Shown: positions 10,212 to 20,020 of the stretch, one piece after another | Numbering within the stretch: the first letter of the stretch is position 1 | Layout of the letters: each line of letters opens with the position of its first letter | Assembly (NCBI GenBank): GCA_902605755.1 | Contig: CACLDR010000002.1 | Span: 44,832 to 108,831 of the forward strand | Length of the DNA: 64,000 bases | Direction of reading: 5' to 3' | From: an uncultured Marinoscillum sp. | GTDB lineage: Bacteria > Bacteroidota > Bacteroidia > Cytophagales > Cyclobacteriaceae | Notes under the pieces: model-generated | The model's input: the letters and a program-made list of their open reading frames with translations, nothing else | Databases searched by the model: none | What the model was told of the DNA's origin: nothing | Position numbers and translations under genes: made by a program

Positions 10212-11228
10212 ATGAAAATTATCATACTTGGCATTGAATCTTCATGTGATGAAACATCTGCCTCTATATGCATTGATGGCAAAGTAATGAATAATATTAT
10301 CGCTACGCAATCAATACATGAAGAATACGGAGGAGTGGTACCTGAATTGGCCTCCCGAGCACATCAAAAAAACATAGTCTTGGTAGTGGAATCAGCACTA
10401 AAAGCTGCAAAGGTTGAATTTTCTGACTTAAGTGCCATTGCCGTAACTCAAGGACCAGGCTTGTTAGGGGCGCTCATAGTAGGTTATTCTTATGCAAAAA
10501 GTTTAGCTTTTGCATTAAATATTCCGATTATTAACGTCCACCATATGAAATCACACATACTAGCTCATTTTATTGAAACACCAATCCCCAAATTCCCCTT
10601 TCTATGTCTAACTATAAGTGGTGGTCATACCCAAATCGTAAAGGTCAATAGCACCATTAAAATGAATGTTTTAGGAAGTACAAAAGATGATGCTGTTGGT
10701 GAAGCATTTGATAAAGGAGCCAAATTAATGGGATTTCCCTATCCGGGTGGACCGCAAATTGAAAAATATGCGATATCAGGTAATCCTGATAAATTTCTAT
10801 TTGCAGAATCTCAAATAACTGATTTGAATTTTTCATTTAGTGGAATAAAAACTTCATTATTATATTTCCTTCGGGATCATTTGAAACATTCCCCTGATTT
10901 CATTAACAAGAACCGAGAAGATATTTGTGCGAGTTATCAAAAACATCTAATTTCAATGCTAACCAAAAAATTAATCCTTGCTGCACAAAAAACCGGTATA
11001 AAAGAAATTGCCATTGCAGGAGGAGTGGCAGCAAATAAGGAGTTAAGAATCCAGATAAAGCAACTTAGTCACAAGTATCAATGGAATAATTACATACCTA
11101 GATTTGAGTATTGTACTGACAATGGGGCAATGGTTGCAATGTCAGGCTATATTTATTTTAAAAACAAATCTTTTGGCCATTTGACAGATACTCCACAACC
11201 TAGAATGAGCTTTGAAAATGAAAAATAA
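10212..11228 (+). CDS. tsaD: tRNA N6-adenosine threonylcarbamoyltransferase TsaD
   Basis: ILGIESSCDETSASI, GGVVPELASRAHQ, HHMKSHI, ISGGHTQ and IAGGVAANKELR are the Kae1/TsaD signature blocks. Confidence 0.95.
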   Translation: MKIIILGIESSCDETSASICIDGKVMNNIIATQSIHEEYGGVVPELASRAHQKNIVLVVESALKAAKVEFSDLSAIAVTQGPGLLGALIVGYSYAKSLAFALNIPIINVHHMKSHILAHFIETPIPKFPFLCLTISGGHTQIVKVNSTIKMNVLGSTKDDAVGEAFDKGAKLMGFPYPGGPQIEKYAISGNPDKFLFAESQITDLNFSFSGIKTSLLYFLRDHLKHSPDFINKNREDICASYQKHLISMLTKKLILAAQKTGIKEIAIAGGVAANKELRIQIKQLSHKYQWNNYIPRFEYCTDNGAMVAMSGYIYFKNKSFGHLTDTPQPRMSFENEK

Positions 11229-11688
11229 AACAACTAGATTTTCGAATAATGTTTCGTTTAGCAACAAAAAAGCATTCTTTAATTATGTTCTCATTGAAAG
11301 ATTGGAGGTTGGTATTGAGTTGAAAGGAAGTGAAATAAAATCAATAAGGGAAGGTCAAGTTTCACTACAAGAAGCCCATTGTTTAGTCCTTGGTAGAGAA
11401 ATTTTTGTGCGATCTATGAATATTGCAATTTATAAGGAAAGCTCAATTTATAATCATGATCCCATCCGGGAAAGAAAATTATTATTGAAAAAAAAGGAAA
11501 TTGAACGATTTAGGTCTAAATCAGAGGAAAAAGGATTGACCATTATACCAACAAAATTATATATCACCAAAAGAGGTATCGCCAAAATGGAAATTGCCTT
11601 GGCAAAAGGAAAAAAACTATTTGATAAACGGGAAATTATGAAGAAAAAAGATCATGACCGTGAATTAAAACCAATAAAGCTCATTTGA
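11212..11688 (+). CDS. smpB: SsrA-binding protein SmpB
   Basis: NKKAFFNYVLIERLEVGIELKGSEIKSIREGQVSLQEAH...RERKLLLKKKEI...IALAKGKKLFDKRE is a full-length SmpB pattern. It overlaps the tsaD end by 17 nt. Confidence 0.95.
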   Translation: MKMKNKTTRFSNNVSFSNKKAFFNYVLIERLEVGIELKGSEIKSIREGQVSLQEAHCLVLGREIFVRSMNIAIYKESSIYNHDPIRERKLLLKKKEIERFRSKSEEKGLTIIPTKLYITKRGIAKMEIALAKGKKLFDKREIMKKKDHDRELKPIKLI

Positions 11689-12200
11689 TTTTGGGGGTAC
11701 TAGTATTAAATCAAGACTTCACTCCACTGGCCCTTTGTCATGTGAATCGTGCCTTTCTTCTAATTTTTAATGCGAAGGCCGAACTCATCAGAGAGTCAAA
11801 AAGTCATGTCTTAAGAAGTATTAGCAAAAACTATCCCTACCCTTCCGTTATAAAACTAAATAGATATATCAGCTTACCTTATCGAAATGTTATCTTAAAC
11901 CGTCATAATATCTTTAAAAGAGATCAAAATCAATGTCAATACTGCGGAAAAACGCGAGAATTGACACTAGATCATCTAATTCCCAGATCAAAGGGAGGCA
12001 AATTTGTTTGGACAAATCTAGTTACTGCATGTCTTTCTTGTAATGCCAAAAAAGGGGATAAACTCATAAGTGAGACTGATTTAGTGCTAAATAAAACTCC
12101 CATCAAACCTTCCTTTATTATGTTTTTGAAAAAAATTAGCCACAAACAAATACACGAATGGGAACCCTTTTTAGGGCCAATATCGCGCAATGAGCATTAA
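11685..12200 (+). CDS. HNH endonuclease family protein
   Basis: CQYCG...LTLDHLIPRSKGGKFVWTNLVTACLSCNAKKG is an HNH nuclease motif with zinc-binding Cys pairs. The TTG start overlaps the smpB stop. Confidence 0.8.
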   Translation: MILGVLVLNQDFTPLALCHVNRAFLLIFNAKAELIRESKSHVLRSISKNYPYPSVIKLNRYISLPYRNVILNRHNIFKRDQNQCQYCGKTRELTLDHLIPRSKGGKFVWTNLVTACLSCNAKKGDKLISETDLVLNKTPIKPSFIMFLKKISHKQIHEWEPFLGPISRNEH

Positions 12201-12248
12201 TAAAAACGCATTATCAGCACCTATTTTTTATATAAATACCTTTGAATT

Positions 12249-12710
12249 TTATTCAGCCACTCTTTTTATTGTACTATACAAAATTTTAAGTGCATTAGCC
12301 TTCCTAAGCTCTTGTTGAACATCTGAAATAATGCCCATTTTAACATCTACATCCACTTTCATAGACATCGTAATTTGATCTCGTTCTACTTCGTCCAATT
12401 TATCTTTCTCCGTGTTCACAAAACCAACAATGTCGTCTTCAGTAATGAATACATCATTAATTTGTATTTTAGGCTCCGAACCGTAAAGCACGACGTTTTT
12501 AGGCTCACCTACATAAATATAGCTTACTAAAGATTTTCTTTCTATTTTCGTCAGCTGGGTGGCTCGTGGAATTTGTTGCTTAACCATGATATCAGTCTCT
12601 CTCATAACAGTAGTCACCATAAAAAAGAATAGCAACATAAAAATAATATCTGGCAATGCAGCGGTTGGAATATCCTGTGAGGTATTTGAATTCTTCTTAA
12701 ATTTTGGCAT
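12249..12710 (-). CDS. exbD: ExbD/TolR family biopolymer transport protein
   Basis: 153 aa with an N-terminal TM segment in ExbD context (ALPDIIFMLLFFFMVTT) followed by a periplasmic domain. It sits in a cluster with ExbB. Confidence 0.85.
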   Translation of the reverse strand: MPKFKKNSNTSQDIPTAALPDIIFMLLFFFMVTTVMRETDIMVKQQIPRATQLTKIERKSLVSYIYVGEPKNVVLYGSEPKIQINDVFITEDDIVGFVNTEKDKLDEVERDQITMSMKVDVDVKMGIISDVQQELRKANALKILYSTIKRVAE

Positions 12711-12723
12711 ATTTTATTTGATT

Positions 12724-13359
12724 TTAATCAGGCTCAGCGATAGATATAGCTCTTGGAATACCACTGCGCCCCCGATTATACATCTCTTTCTGCAAACTAT
12801 TACTTCTATCAAGACCCAACCATTCTTCAGTTGTTATTCCAACACGAGAGGCATATACTTCGTTGTAAGCGGCATTCATCGCATCTAGAATACCCACATA
12901 GAGATCATAACTTGTACCTCTGGCTGATTTGAATGACACTATAGATTTAAGACTTGTAGGATCATCCGAAGACTCAGGATCCCTGCCATTAGCGTTCACA
13001 AAGGCCTTCATCTTTGGAGGTAAACTATTGTAAACTTCAATCCCTTCAGGTGTAGGCTTTCCAAAATTCAAAATAAATTTCTTGACATCCTCTTTTAACT
13101 CGTCCATACTACCCTCGAACGGTTCTCCCTCCACGAGCAGTTTGTCTTTTGAATTTGCTAATATGGTAAAGATATTCCTATCTGGAATTTTTATGTCTAA
13201 CTGCTCTTGTAACGGATCTGGGGGAGGTGGTAACCTCAAAAGAATTCCTTTATCATTAGCAATCGTCGTTGTTACTAAAAAAAAGATCAAAAGCAGAAAA
13301 GCAATGTCTGCCATTGAACCCGAGCTAACCTCTGGAAGTTTTTTCTTTCCTCTGGACAT
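12724..13359 (-). CDS. exbD: ExbD/TolR family protein (long form)
   Basis: MSRGKKKLPEVSSGSMADIAFLLLIFFLVTT is an ExbD N-terminus. I start at the internal ATG (13359), which abuts the upstream gene's stop, rather than at 13404. Confidence 0.8.
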   Translation of the reverse strand: MSRGKKKLPEVSSGSMADIAFLLLIFFLVTTTIANDKGILLRLPPPPDPLQEQLDIKIPDRNIFTILANSKDKLLVEGEPFEGSMDELKEDVKKFILNFGKPTPEGIEVYNSLPPKMKAFVNANGRDPESSDDPTSLKSIVSFKSARGTSYDLYVGILDAMNAAYNEVYASRVGITTEEWLGLDRSNSLQKEMYNRGRSGIPRAISIAEPD

Positions 13360-13360
13360 A

Positions 13361-13666
13361 TTAGCTAAATATTTTAGATATCTCTGTATATATGATCCCC
13401 GCAATGGCTAGAAAAAAGAAGGTGTAAGTGGTAATAATTCCTGCACCAACAATTCTAGAAGTTGATTCATCCACTCCTGCAGAACTCCCGTCTGCGAAGA
13501 AATAACTAAAAATAAATATAATCAACATTATACCAAAACCAATACCTGACTTCAGTAATGTTTTGGGATCTCCAAATGACTGATAAAGTGGAATTATTAC
13601 AGCAGCCAAAGTACACAAACCAATTAAAGCATAACTACTTATTAATCCAATATCTATAAAATCCAT
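13361..13666 (-). CDS. Small three-TM membrane protein of unknown function between exbB and exbD
   Basis: Hydrophobic ORF (MDFIDIGLISSYALIGLCTLAAVII...) packed tightly within the cluster. The ATG at 13666 avoids overlap with exbB. No family recognised. Confidence 0.5.
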   Translation of the reverse strand: MDFIDIGLISSYALIGLCTLAAVIIPLYQSFGDPKTLLKSGIGFGIMLIIFIFSYFFADGSSAGVDESTSRIVGAGIITTYTFFFLAIAGIIYTEISKIFS

Positions 13667-13685
13667 ATATTTTATTTTTTTTAGT

Positions 13686-14510
13686 TTACTTACCTGCATT
13701 ATGTCTCACCAACATATCGACTAAAGTGATCGAAGCGTCCTCCATGCTGTTCACTAAAGAATCGACCTTTGAAACTAAATAGTTATAAAACAACTGCAAA
13801 ATCACCGCCACTATTAACCCTCCAACAGTTGTTAATAATGCTACTTTAATACCTCCCGCAACCAACGATGGAGATACATCCCCTGCTGCGGCAATGGCAT
13901 CGAAGGCATCAATCATACCTATAACTGTTCCCATAAATCCTAACATTGGCGCTAAAGAGATAAATAATGAAATCCAAACCATTCCTTTTTCAAGTTTGCC
14001 CATTTCAACCGAACCATAAGCTATAATAGATTTTTCAACCATTTCCACTCCTTCAGACATTCTCATCAAACCTTGCACAAAAATGGAAGCAACAGGTCCA
14101 TTTGTATTTCTACAAACGTCCTTTGCCGCCTCAACTCCACCTGAGTTCAGAGCTTTGTCGACTTTAGAAAGCAATTTAGAAACATTTGTCGTTGCTAAAT
14201 TCAAATGAATAATCCGCTCAATAGAAATGGCTAAGCCTAAGATTAAACATATCAAAACGATACCCATGAATTCGGGGCCTCCATCGATAAATTGTTGTTT
14301 AATCACTTGGTGAAAACTTACTTCTTCCTCCTCAACAACAGCTATCTCATCAACTTTTTTTTCTTCTATCAAGGAATCAGAAGAAACAAAAGATAGGGAG
14401 TCCTCTAGTGTAACCGTTTCACTAGTGTCAGTCTCATCTTGAGCGTAAACAGACACTGGTGCATTGGCGTAATAGCCCGCAAAAATAAAATAAGTTAAAA
14501 TTTTTTTCAT
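13686..14510 (-). CDS. exbB: MotA/TolQ/ExbB proton-channel family protein
   Basis: Signal-peptide-bearing acidic N-terminal extension followed by three TM segments and the conserved block LAPMLGFMGTVIGMIDAF...GGIKVALLTTVGGL. Confidence 0.9.
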   Translation of the reverse strand: MKKILTYFIFAGYYANAPVSVYAQDETDTSETVTLEDSLSFVSSDSLIEEKKVDEIAVVEEEEVSFHQVIKQQFIDGGPEFMGIVLICLILGLAISIERIIHLNLATTNVSKLLSKVDKALNSGGVEAAKDVCRNTNGPVASIFVQGLMRMSEGVEMVEKSIIAYGSVEMGKLEKGMVWISLFISLAPMLGFMGTVIGMIDAFDAIAAAGDVSPSLVAGGIKVALLTTVGGLIVAVILQLFYNYLVSKVDSLVNSMEDASITLVDMLVRHNAGK

Positions 14511-14563
14511 AATCAGTCAAATATTCACAGTTAATAACACTTTTTTTATACCAAATTTAATAG

Positions 14564-14650
14564 CGGAGAGGAAGGGATTCGAACCCCCGATACCCGTAAG
14601 GATATACACGCTTTCCAAGCGTGCGCCTTCAGCCACTCGGCCACCTCTCC
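14564..14650 (-). tRNA. tRNA-Ser (anticodon GGA)
   Basis: Minus strand: GGAGAGGTGGCCGAGTGGCTGAAGGCGCACGCTTGGAAAGCGTGTATATCCTTACGGGTATCGGGGGTTCGAATCCCTTCCTCTCCG. It has a 7-bp acceptor stem, anticodon stem CACGC/GCGTG with loop TTGGAAA, a long variable arm and a GTTCGAATC T-loop. CCA is not encoded. Confidence 0.9.
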
Positions 14651-14745
14651 TTTTGGATATCACTCTTCTTTAAGCTTAAAATCTCAACAAATAAATTAAG
14701 AAAAAATACCTTATCCAAATTTAGATTTATTTATCTGCCCTTTCG

Positions 14746-15813
14746 TTAACCCATTTCACCATTCATGGGACTTGCCAGTGAACTTTTAACTATTTCATGA
14801 GATTTTTTAGTTCCCAATAATAACATTAATTTGGCCATGACAGATTCTGTAGTAATATTTCCTCCACTCATGATTCCAACTTCCGAGAGTTTTTTACCGG
14901 TTTCGTACCTCCCCTGAATTATCTCGCCACCACTGCATTGACTCACGTTCAAAATGATGATCTGTTTTTCGACTGCTTTTTTTAGGCATTCGATGAACCA
15001 GGATTCGCTCGGTATATTTCCAGAGCCAAAGATTTCAAGGATCAGCCCATTTAGGTTTTTAATACCCAAAATACTTGTAATAACTTCTTTATTAATACCA
15101 GGAAATATCTTCAAGACAGCCACATTATCATCAAAATCTTTATGCAAACGAAGGGACACCAAGCCATTTGGTATCGGCAATGCAGCCTCATTATAGCTTA
15201 TATCAATTCCAGATTCAGCACGTGGTGGATAATTTTGAAAATCAAAAGCAGCAAAGGTACTACTTCGCATTTTCTGTGATCTGTTACCCCTAAATAACCC
15301 TTGATTAAAAAAAATACAAACCTCCTTAATTAAAGGCCTTCCATTTCATTAATTTGCAGCAATTTCAATGGAAGTAATTAAATTTTCTTATGCATCAGAT
15401 ATTAATTTTCCTATCGGAATTTGAGATCCCGTTAAAATAATAGACTTTGCTAGTCCCTCTCGCATGAAGCTCAAGGCAGAAGCAGAATAAGCCATCGTAT
15501 CTGTTCCACGGAGTATTACAAACCCATCATATTGATCATAATTTTCGTAAATAATATATCCTAGTACTTGCCAAACTTCAATACTTACATTAGATGAATC
15601 AATAGGTTTTGGAAAAGATATTACTATCAATTCTGCTTCTCTTTTTTTGGATGACTCAGGTATGTGTTCCATTACTTTCACAAAATTAAAAGGTACTAAA
15701 CTTCCAAATGCATCTTCCACCATACCACCCGTACCTCCCGTGTATTTGGTGATTATGGCAAGTTGTCTAGAAACGGCATATTTGCTTCTAATTTTAATAA
15801 TTTTATAATTCAT
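14746..15813 (-). pseudogene. ansA: Type I L-asparaginase disrupted by three in-frame stop codons
   Basis: ORFs 15388..15813 and 14746..15270 are collinear pieces of one asparaginase (TGGTGGM; GTDTMAYSASALSF; ILTGSQIPIG; FFNQGLFRGNR; SGGNITTESVMAKLMLLLG). Reading through the gap in the same frame gives ...SDA*ENLITSIEIAAN**NGRPLIKEVCIFFNQGLFRGNRSQKMRSS.... The stops are TAA at 15388-15390 and TAA-TGA at 15346-15351. Confidence 0.8.
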
Positions 15814-16577
15814 GATAATTGAAATAAGGTCTTTGCATGCTTAGTAGTCATTTGAGAAATCTCTTCTATGCTCATACCTAGACATAAGGATAATTCACGC
15901 ACTATATGCGTTAAATAGGAAGGCTCATTTCTCTTTCCTCTATGAGGTTTTGGAGCTAAAAAGGGACTGTCTGTCTCCAAGATAATTTGATCAATTCCAA
16001 TCTCAGACATTAACTTATTCAAACCTCCATTTTTAAAGGTTAGTACACCTCCAATACCCAAATAAAATCCTAAACTTTTAATTTCTTTCGCTTGGGAAAT
16101 GGAACCAGAAAAACAATGAAAAACTCCCTTTAGACCCTTAATTGCGTAAGGTCTTATTAAATCTATGGTCTCAGCTATTGATGATCTACTGTGAATTACA
16201 ATAGGTATGTCATATTCCAAAGCCCATTGAGACTGTTGAAGAAATGCTTTTTGCTGCTCCGGCCAAAAAGATTGATCCCAATATAAATCAGTCCCTATCT
16301 CACCAATTGCAATAAATTTTCTCTTTTTCAACCAATAGGATACCTCAGCCAATTCATTTTCATAATTGTAATTGACTGAACAAGGATGTAATCCTATCAT
16401 CGGTAAACAAAAATTGGGATAACTGGTTTCAATCGTAAGCATTGGTTTAATACTTTGACTGTCAATATTTGGCATAAGAATTTTCTCAATGCCAACTTCT
16501 TTGGCACGAAGAATAACTTGATTAACATCTTTTTGAAAGTCTTTTGAATACAAATGAGCATGAGTTTCAATCAGCAT
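15810..16577 (-). CDS. TatD family metal-dependent hydrolase
   Basis: MLIETHAHLY..., IGEIGTDLYW, IVIHSRSS, GVFHCFSG and LETDSPFLAP are the TatD metal-binding blocks. I prefer the internal ATG at 16577 over 16655. Confidence 0.9.
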   Translation of the reverse strand: MLIETHAHLYSKDFQKDVNQVILRAKEVGIEKILMPNIDSQSIKPMLTIETSYPNFCLPMIGLHPCSVNYNYENELAEVSYWLKKRKFIAIGEIGTDLYWDQSFWPEQQKAFLQQSQWALEYDIPIVIHSRSSIAETIDLIRPYAIKGLKGVFHCFSGSISQAKEIKSLGFYLGIGGVLTFKNGGLNKLMSEIGIDQIILETDSPFLAPKPHRGKRNEPSYLTHIVRELSLCLGMSIEEISQMTTKHAKTLFQLS

Positions 16578-17095
16578 GATTCGATTAATGTTTAGTTTTT
16601 TTTCAAATTTATAGCCTCGAGCATAGGAAAAATCCAAAATTTTAGTTTGTCGCATTTAAGCATTGCGAATTTACCATAAATCGGTGGTAATAATTTAAAG
16701 TAATATGTTTGTGTAATCAACTTGGCTAAATTCTTAATAGTAAAAATTTTTCTAATATTTAAAAATATAGCTTCGATCCTAGAGATACTTATATGTTTGA
16801 TTACCAATAAGAATACCTCACCGTATCAGCCGCTCCGCGTATTTATATTTTTTCATCTATTTTATGATTAAAAACTTGCATATGCCACAAGGTTGTTTAG
16901 ACCATCCTTCCAAAGGGTGTTACTTTTTAATTTGGAGTAAAATCAAGAGTCAGTTAGATAACTTTATCAAAAATTTTCCGAAATCAATTTAGTTCAGGTG
17001 TTGAATTTTAAATAAATAACCCAAAAATTAAAAATGTTACTTAAGCAAACAAAAATTAACTTATCACGCTCTTCGCACGTGAATAATAATCATTA

Positions 17096-17347
17096 TCAAG
17101 CGGAATTATGCTCATATAATCCTTTTTTACTCGCAAGAAATCGATATTTTGAAAAGCTTTCGTCTAATAAAACATGATTTTCAAGTTCTTTATCAACTCC
17201 ATCATAAATCCTAATCCAACCCTTTTGATAAAGTTTACGAAGCTCATTTACCAGAAACTCCTTATCGAAATCGAGTTGTGTTAAAAGCTCATTAAAAGAA
17301 ATAACAAAATAAAGTTCATCTATAATCTCAAATTCAATATTTGTCAT
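17096..17347 (-). CDS. Hypothetical 83-aa protein
   Basis: Non-repetitive ORF with balanced composition (MTNIEFEIIDELYFVISFNELL...WIRIYDG). No motif recognised. Confidence 0.45.
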   Translation of the reverse strand: MTNIEFEIIDELYFVISFNELLTQLDFDKEFLVNELRKLYQKGWIRIYDGVDKELENHVLLDESFSKYRFLASKKGLYEHNSA

Positions 17348-17533
17348 CTGTTACAAACCTAAAAATATTTATCACATATAATGATAACCTATAAATACAG
17401 TTTAAATCTAATATGAAATCATTATTAAACCTGAATTCAAACAATGTACTTTTCCTTGAAGTAATGTTAAAAAAATCACTAAGAGAATTCAATTGATTTT
17501 TTAGTATGTCATGAATCCTCTTTATTTGTAACA

Positions 17534-18100
17534 ATGGGGATTGAAAATAAAATAGAAACAAGCAAGATAATTTTAGGATTAGATCCAGGGACCAGTGTCA
17601 TGGGATATGGATTAATTATTGTTCAAAAGCAGAAAATCAAATTATTACAATTTGGCGTTCTTCATCTCAAAAAATATATAGGACATGAATTAAAATTAAA
17701 AAAAATATATGATAGGGTAAATCAAATCATTGAAGATTTCATGCCGGATGAAGTCGCTCTTGAAGCTCCTTTTTTTGGAAAAAATGTGCAGTCAATGCTC
17801 AAATTGGGAAGAGCTCAAGGAGTAGCAATGGCTGCTGCTCTTTCGCATGGAATACCCATCAATGAATATGCACCAAAAAAAGTAAAGCAATCAGTGACTG
17901 GAAATGGTAATGCTTCCAAAGAACAAGTAGCAGCAATGGTTCAAAACTTGCTCAATTTTAAGAAAACTAATTATTTATTGGATGCAACAGACGCCTTAGC
18001 AGTCGCTTTTTGTCACCATATGCAAGGGAATACAAATAGGAAAAAAACTCATGGCTGGAGTACTTTTTTAAGTGATAATCCCAAAAGAATTAAATCCTAA
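17534..18100 (+). CDS. ruvC: Crossover junction endodeoxyribonuclease RuvC
   Basis: ILGLDPGTSVMGYGLI..., LEAPFFGKNVQSMLKLGRAQG and DATDALAVAFCH match the RuvC catalytic acidic residues and fold blocks. Confidence 0.95.
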   Translation: MGIENKIETSKIILGLDPGTSVMGYGLIIVQKQKIKLLQFGVLHLKKYIGHELKLKKIYDRVNQIIEDFMPDEVALEAPFFGKNVQSMLKLGRAQGVAMAAALSHGIPINEYAPKKVKQSVTGNGNASKEQVAAMVQNLLNFKKTNYLLDATDALAVAFCHHMQGNTNRKKTHGWSTFLSDNPKRIKS

Positions 18101-18489
18101 TACAAACCAATTATTTTTTTTGAAATGGCCTCTAATTCTTTTTTAGACGGAGATAATTTCAATCTATTGAAATCAATATCTTCCATCGAATTAAGTGGAA
18201 TTAAATGGATATGGGCATGAGGTACTTCCAAGCCAATAACACTGATGCCGATTCGCAAGCAAGGAACAGCTAATTTCAGCGACTTAGCCACTTTTTTAGC
18301 GAAAATGTGAAGTGCTCCTAATTCATCATCCTCCAGATCGTAAATATAGTCAACCTCTTTTTTAGGGATGACCAATACGTGACCCATAACCAATGGATTA
18401 ATGTCTAGGAAGGCTAAATGTTGATCATCTTCAGCTACTATGTAAGCTGGAATTTCATACCTTGCGATTTGACCAAATACCGACGTCAT
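18097..18489 (-). CDS. HIT (histidine triad) family protein
   Basis: GHVLVIPKK... and the histidine triad HAHIHLIP. Confidence 0.9.
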   Translation of the reverse strand: MTSVFGQIARYEIPAYIVAEDDQHLAFLDINPLVMGHVLVIPKKEVDYIYDLEDDELGALHIFAKKVAKSLKLAVPCLRIGISVIGLEVPHAHIHLIPLNSMEDIDFNRLKLSPSKKELEAISKKIIGLY

Positions 18490-18490
18490 A

Positions 18491-18964
18491 TCAGTCGTAA
18501 CTTATTTCTAAAATCTTAAATTTCACTTCTCCCGCTGGCACATTCATTACGGCCAAATCTCCTTTTTTCTTTCCCAACAACCCTTTACCAATTGGCGATT
18601 TGACAGAAATTTTACCAAATGCTAAATTCGCCTCCTCTTCCGCAACCAATTGATACTTAACTTCAGTATTGGTTTTCAAATTCTTGATTCTCACAAAACT
18701 TAAAATACCAACCTTGGAGGTATCTATGGCGTTGATATCCAACACACGTGCATCCCCTACTATGGCTTCTAGTTGCTTTATTCTGTGTTCTAAGTGTCCT
18801 TGAGCATCTTTGGCAGCATCATATTCAGCATTTTCACTCAAATCACCCTTATCTCTAGCCTCGGCTATTTGCTTCGCCATATCAGCACGTCCTTTGGTCT
18901 GAAGATCTCTTAATTCATCTTTGATTTTTTGCAAGCCGTCCTTTGAGAAATAGTTAACTGACAT
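18491..18964 (-). CDS. greA: Transcription elongation factor GreA
   Basis: AEARDKGDLSENAEYDAAKDAQ and a C-terminal ISVKSPIGKGLLGKKKGD are typical GreA sequence. Confidence 0.95.
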   Translation of the reverse strand: MSVNYFSKDGLQKIKDELRDLQTKGRADMAKQIAEARDKGDLSENAEYDAAKDAQGHLEHRIKQLEAIVGDARVLDINAIDTSKVGILSFVRIKNLKTNTEVKYQLVAEEEANLAFGKISVKSPIGKGLLGKKKGDLAVMNVPAGEVKFKILEISYD

Positions 18965-18992
18965 ATTTAAAAATGTTTATTGAAAACACTCT

Positions 18993-19015
18993 AAAAAAAA
19001 AACGGTCATGGACCG
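18993..19015 (-). terminator. Rho-independent terminator candidate after the 2-hydroxyacid dehydrogenase gene
   Basis: The minus strand reads CGGTC-CAT-GACCG followed by ten T residues, located between the stop at 19070 and the greA start. Confidence 0.55.
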
Positions 19016-19069
19016 CCTTGTTCTGCTTTAGGATTCTTGAGCAAATATAAATAAAATCAGCCATTATTG

Positions 19070-20020
19070 TTAAAATTTAATTTTCGAAATTTTTTTTGCT
19101 AGAACATAATTAATTCTTTCATAAGACTCAAAAGTCCATCCCGCCACATGAGGAGAAAAAAGGGTATGCTGATGCTCAAAAAGATTTTGATAGATACTTT
19201 GCTCCTCTGGAGTCAATGCATTTAGCTTTTCATTTTCTAATACATCCAACGCTACTCCACTCAAATTTCCCTCAAATAGAATTTTACTTAATCCCTTGAG
19301 AGACAAAACTTCGCCCCTAGCCATGTTGATTATGTATTTAAGGCTCTTGAAAGAACTCAAAAACTTATAATTAAACAAATTAGATGTTTCAAAAGTCAAA
19401 GGGATGTGGATACTCAAAATTTCAGTCATTTGCTTAAAATTATTGAGATTAACTTCTTTTACATAGTTGAGATGCGATGTGTAGTCCTTTTTATACTTAT
19501 CAAAGGCAATCATCTTACAATCGAAACCCCTTAATTTCTCGGCAAAAGCACTTCCCATGAACCCAAAACCGAATATTCCTACTACTTTATTTTTTAGTTC
19601 ATGACCTCTGTTAGATTCTCTATCCCAACAATAGGAACGCACTTCTTTGTCACCTATCCTCAATTTCTTTAATAAGTTCAGTAGCATTCCAACCCCATGT
19701 TCACCTACTGCATCCCTATTACCCTCGGGTGTATTGATTAATTTAATCTTTTTTTCGGCCAATAAATTTACATCAATATTATCCACGCCTGCACCAGCCC
19801 TTCCTACAAATTTCAAATTTGCCGCCTTTTGGATCAATTCCTGATCAACTACAGTCTTGCTCCTAATTATTAAACCTACATAATCTGGCAAAATTTGTAT
19901 TATCTCCCTCCGTGTAATTTTTGGCCGATAAAAGCACTCAAAACCAATGCTAAATAATACTTTATGAATTGATTTATGCATTTGATCGACCACTAAGACT
20001 TTTTGACCCAAAGGCATCAT
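19070..20020 (-). CDS. D-isomer-specific 2-hydroxyacid dehydrogenase (phosphoglycerate dehydrogenase-like)
   Basis: NAD-binding GIFGFGFMGSAFAEKL, MARGEVL...ALDVLENE and SPHVAGWT blocks. Confidence 0.85.
   Translation of the reverse strand: MMPLGQKVLVVDQMHKSIHKVLFSIGFECFYRPKITRREIIQILPDYVGLIIRSKTVVDQELIQKAANLKFVGRAGAGVDNIDVNLLAEKKIKLINTPEGNRDAVGEHGVGMLLNLLKKLRIGDKEVRSYCWDRESNRGHELKNKVVGIFGFGFMGSAFAEKLRGFDCKMIAFDKYKKDYTSHLNYVKEVNLNNFKQMTEILSIHIPLTFETSNLFNYKFLSSFKSLKYIINMARGEVLSLKGLSKILFEGNLSGVALDVLENEKLNALTPEEQSIYQNLFEHQHTLFSPHVAGWTFESYERINYVLAKKISKIKF

Noticed and set aside
14511-15813. tRNA-Ser as an integration site for a genomic island
   Set aside because: There is no integrase, no direct repeat of the tRNA 3' end that I could find, and no foreign-looking genes. 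The neighbour is just a decayed asparaginase.
16592-17561. ORFs 16592..16807 (-) and 17334..17561 (-), plus a 42-codon plus-strand ORF near 16865-16993, in the tatD-ruvC intergenic region
   Set aside because: They are short, AT-rich and overlap better-supported starts (tatD internal ATG, ruvC). No motifs were seen. I also looked here for SRP RNA, tmRNA or 6S-like signatures and saw none.
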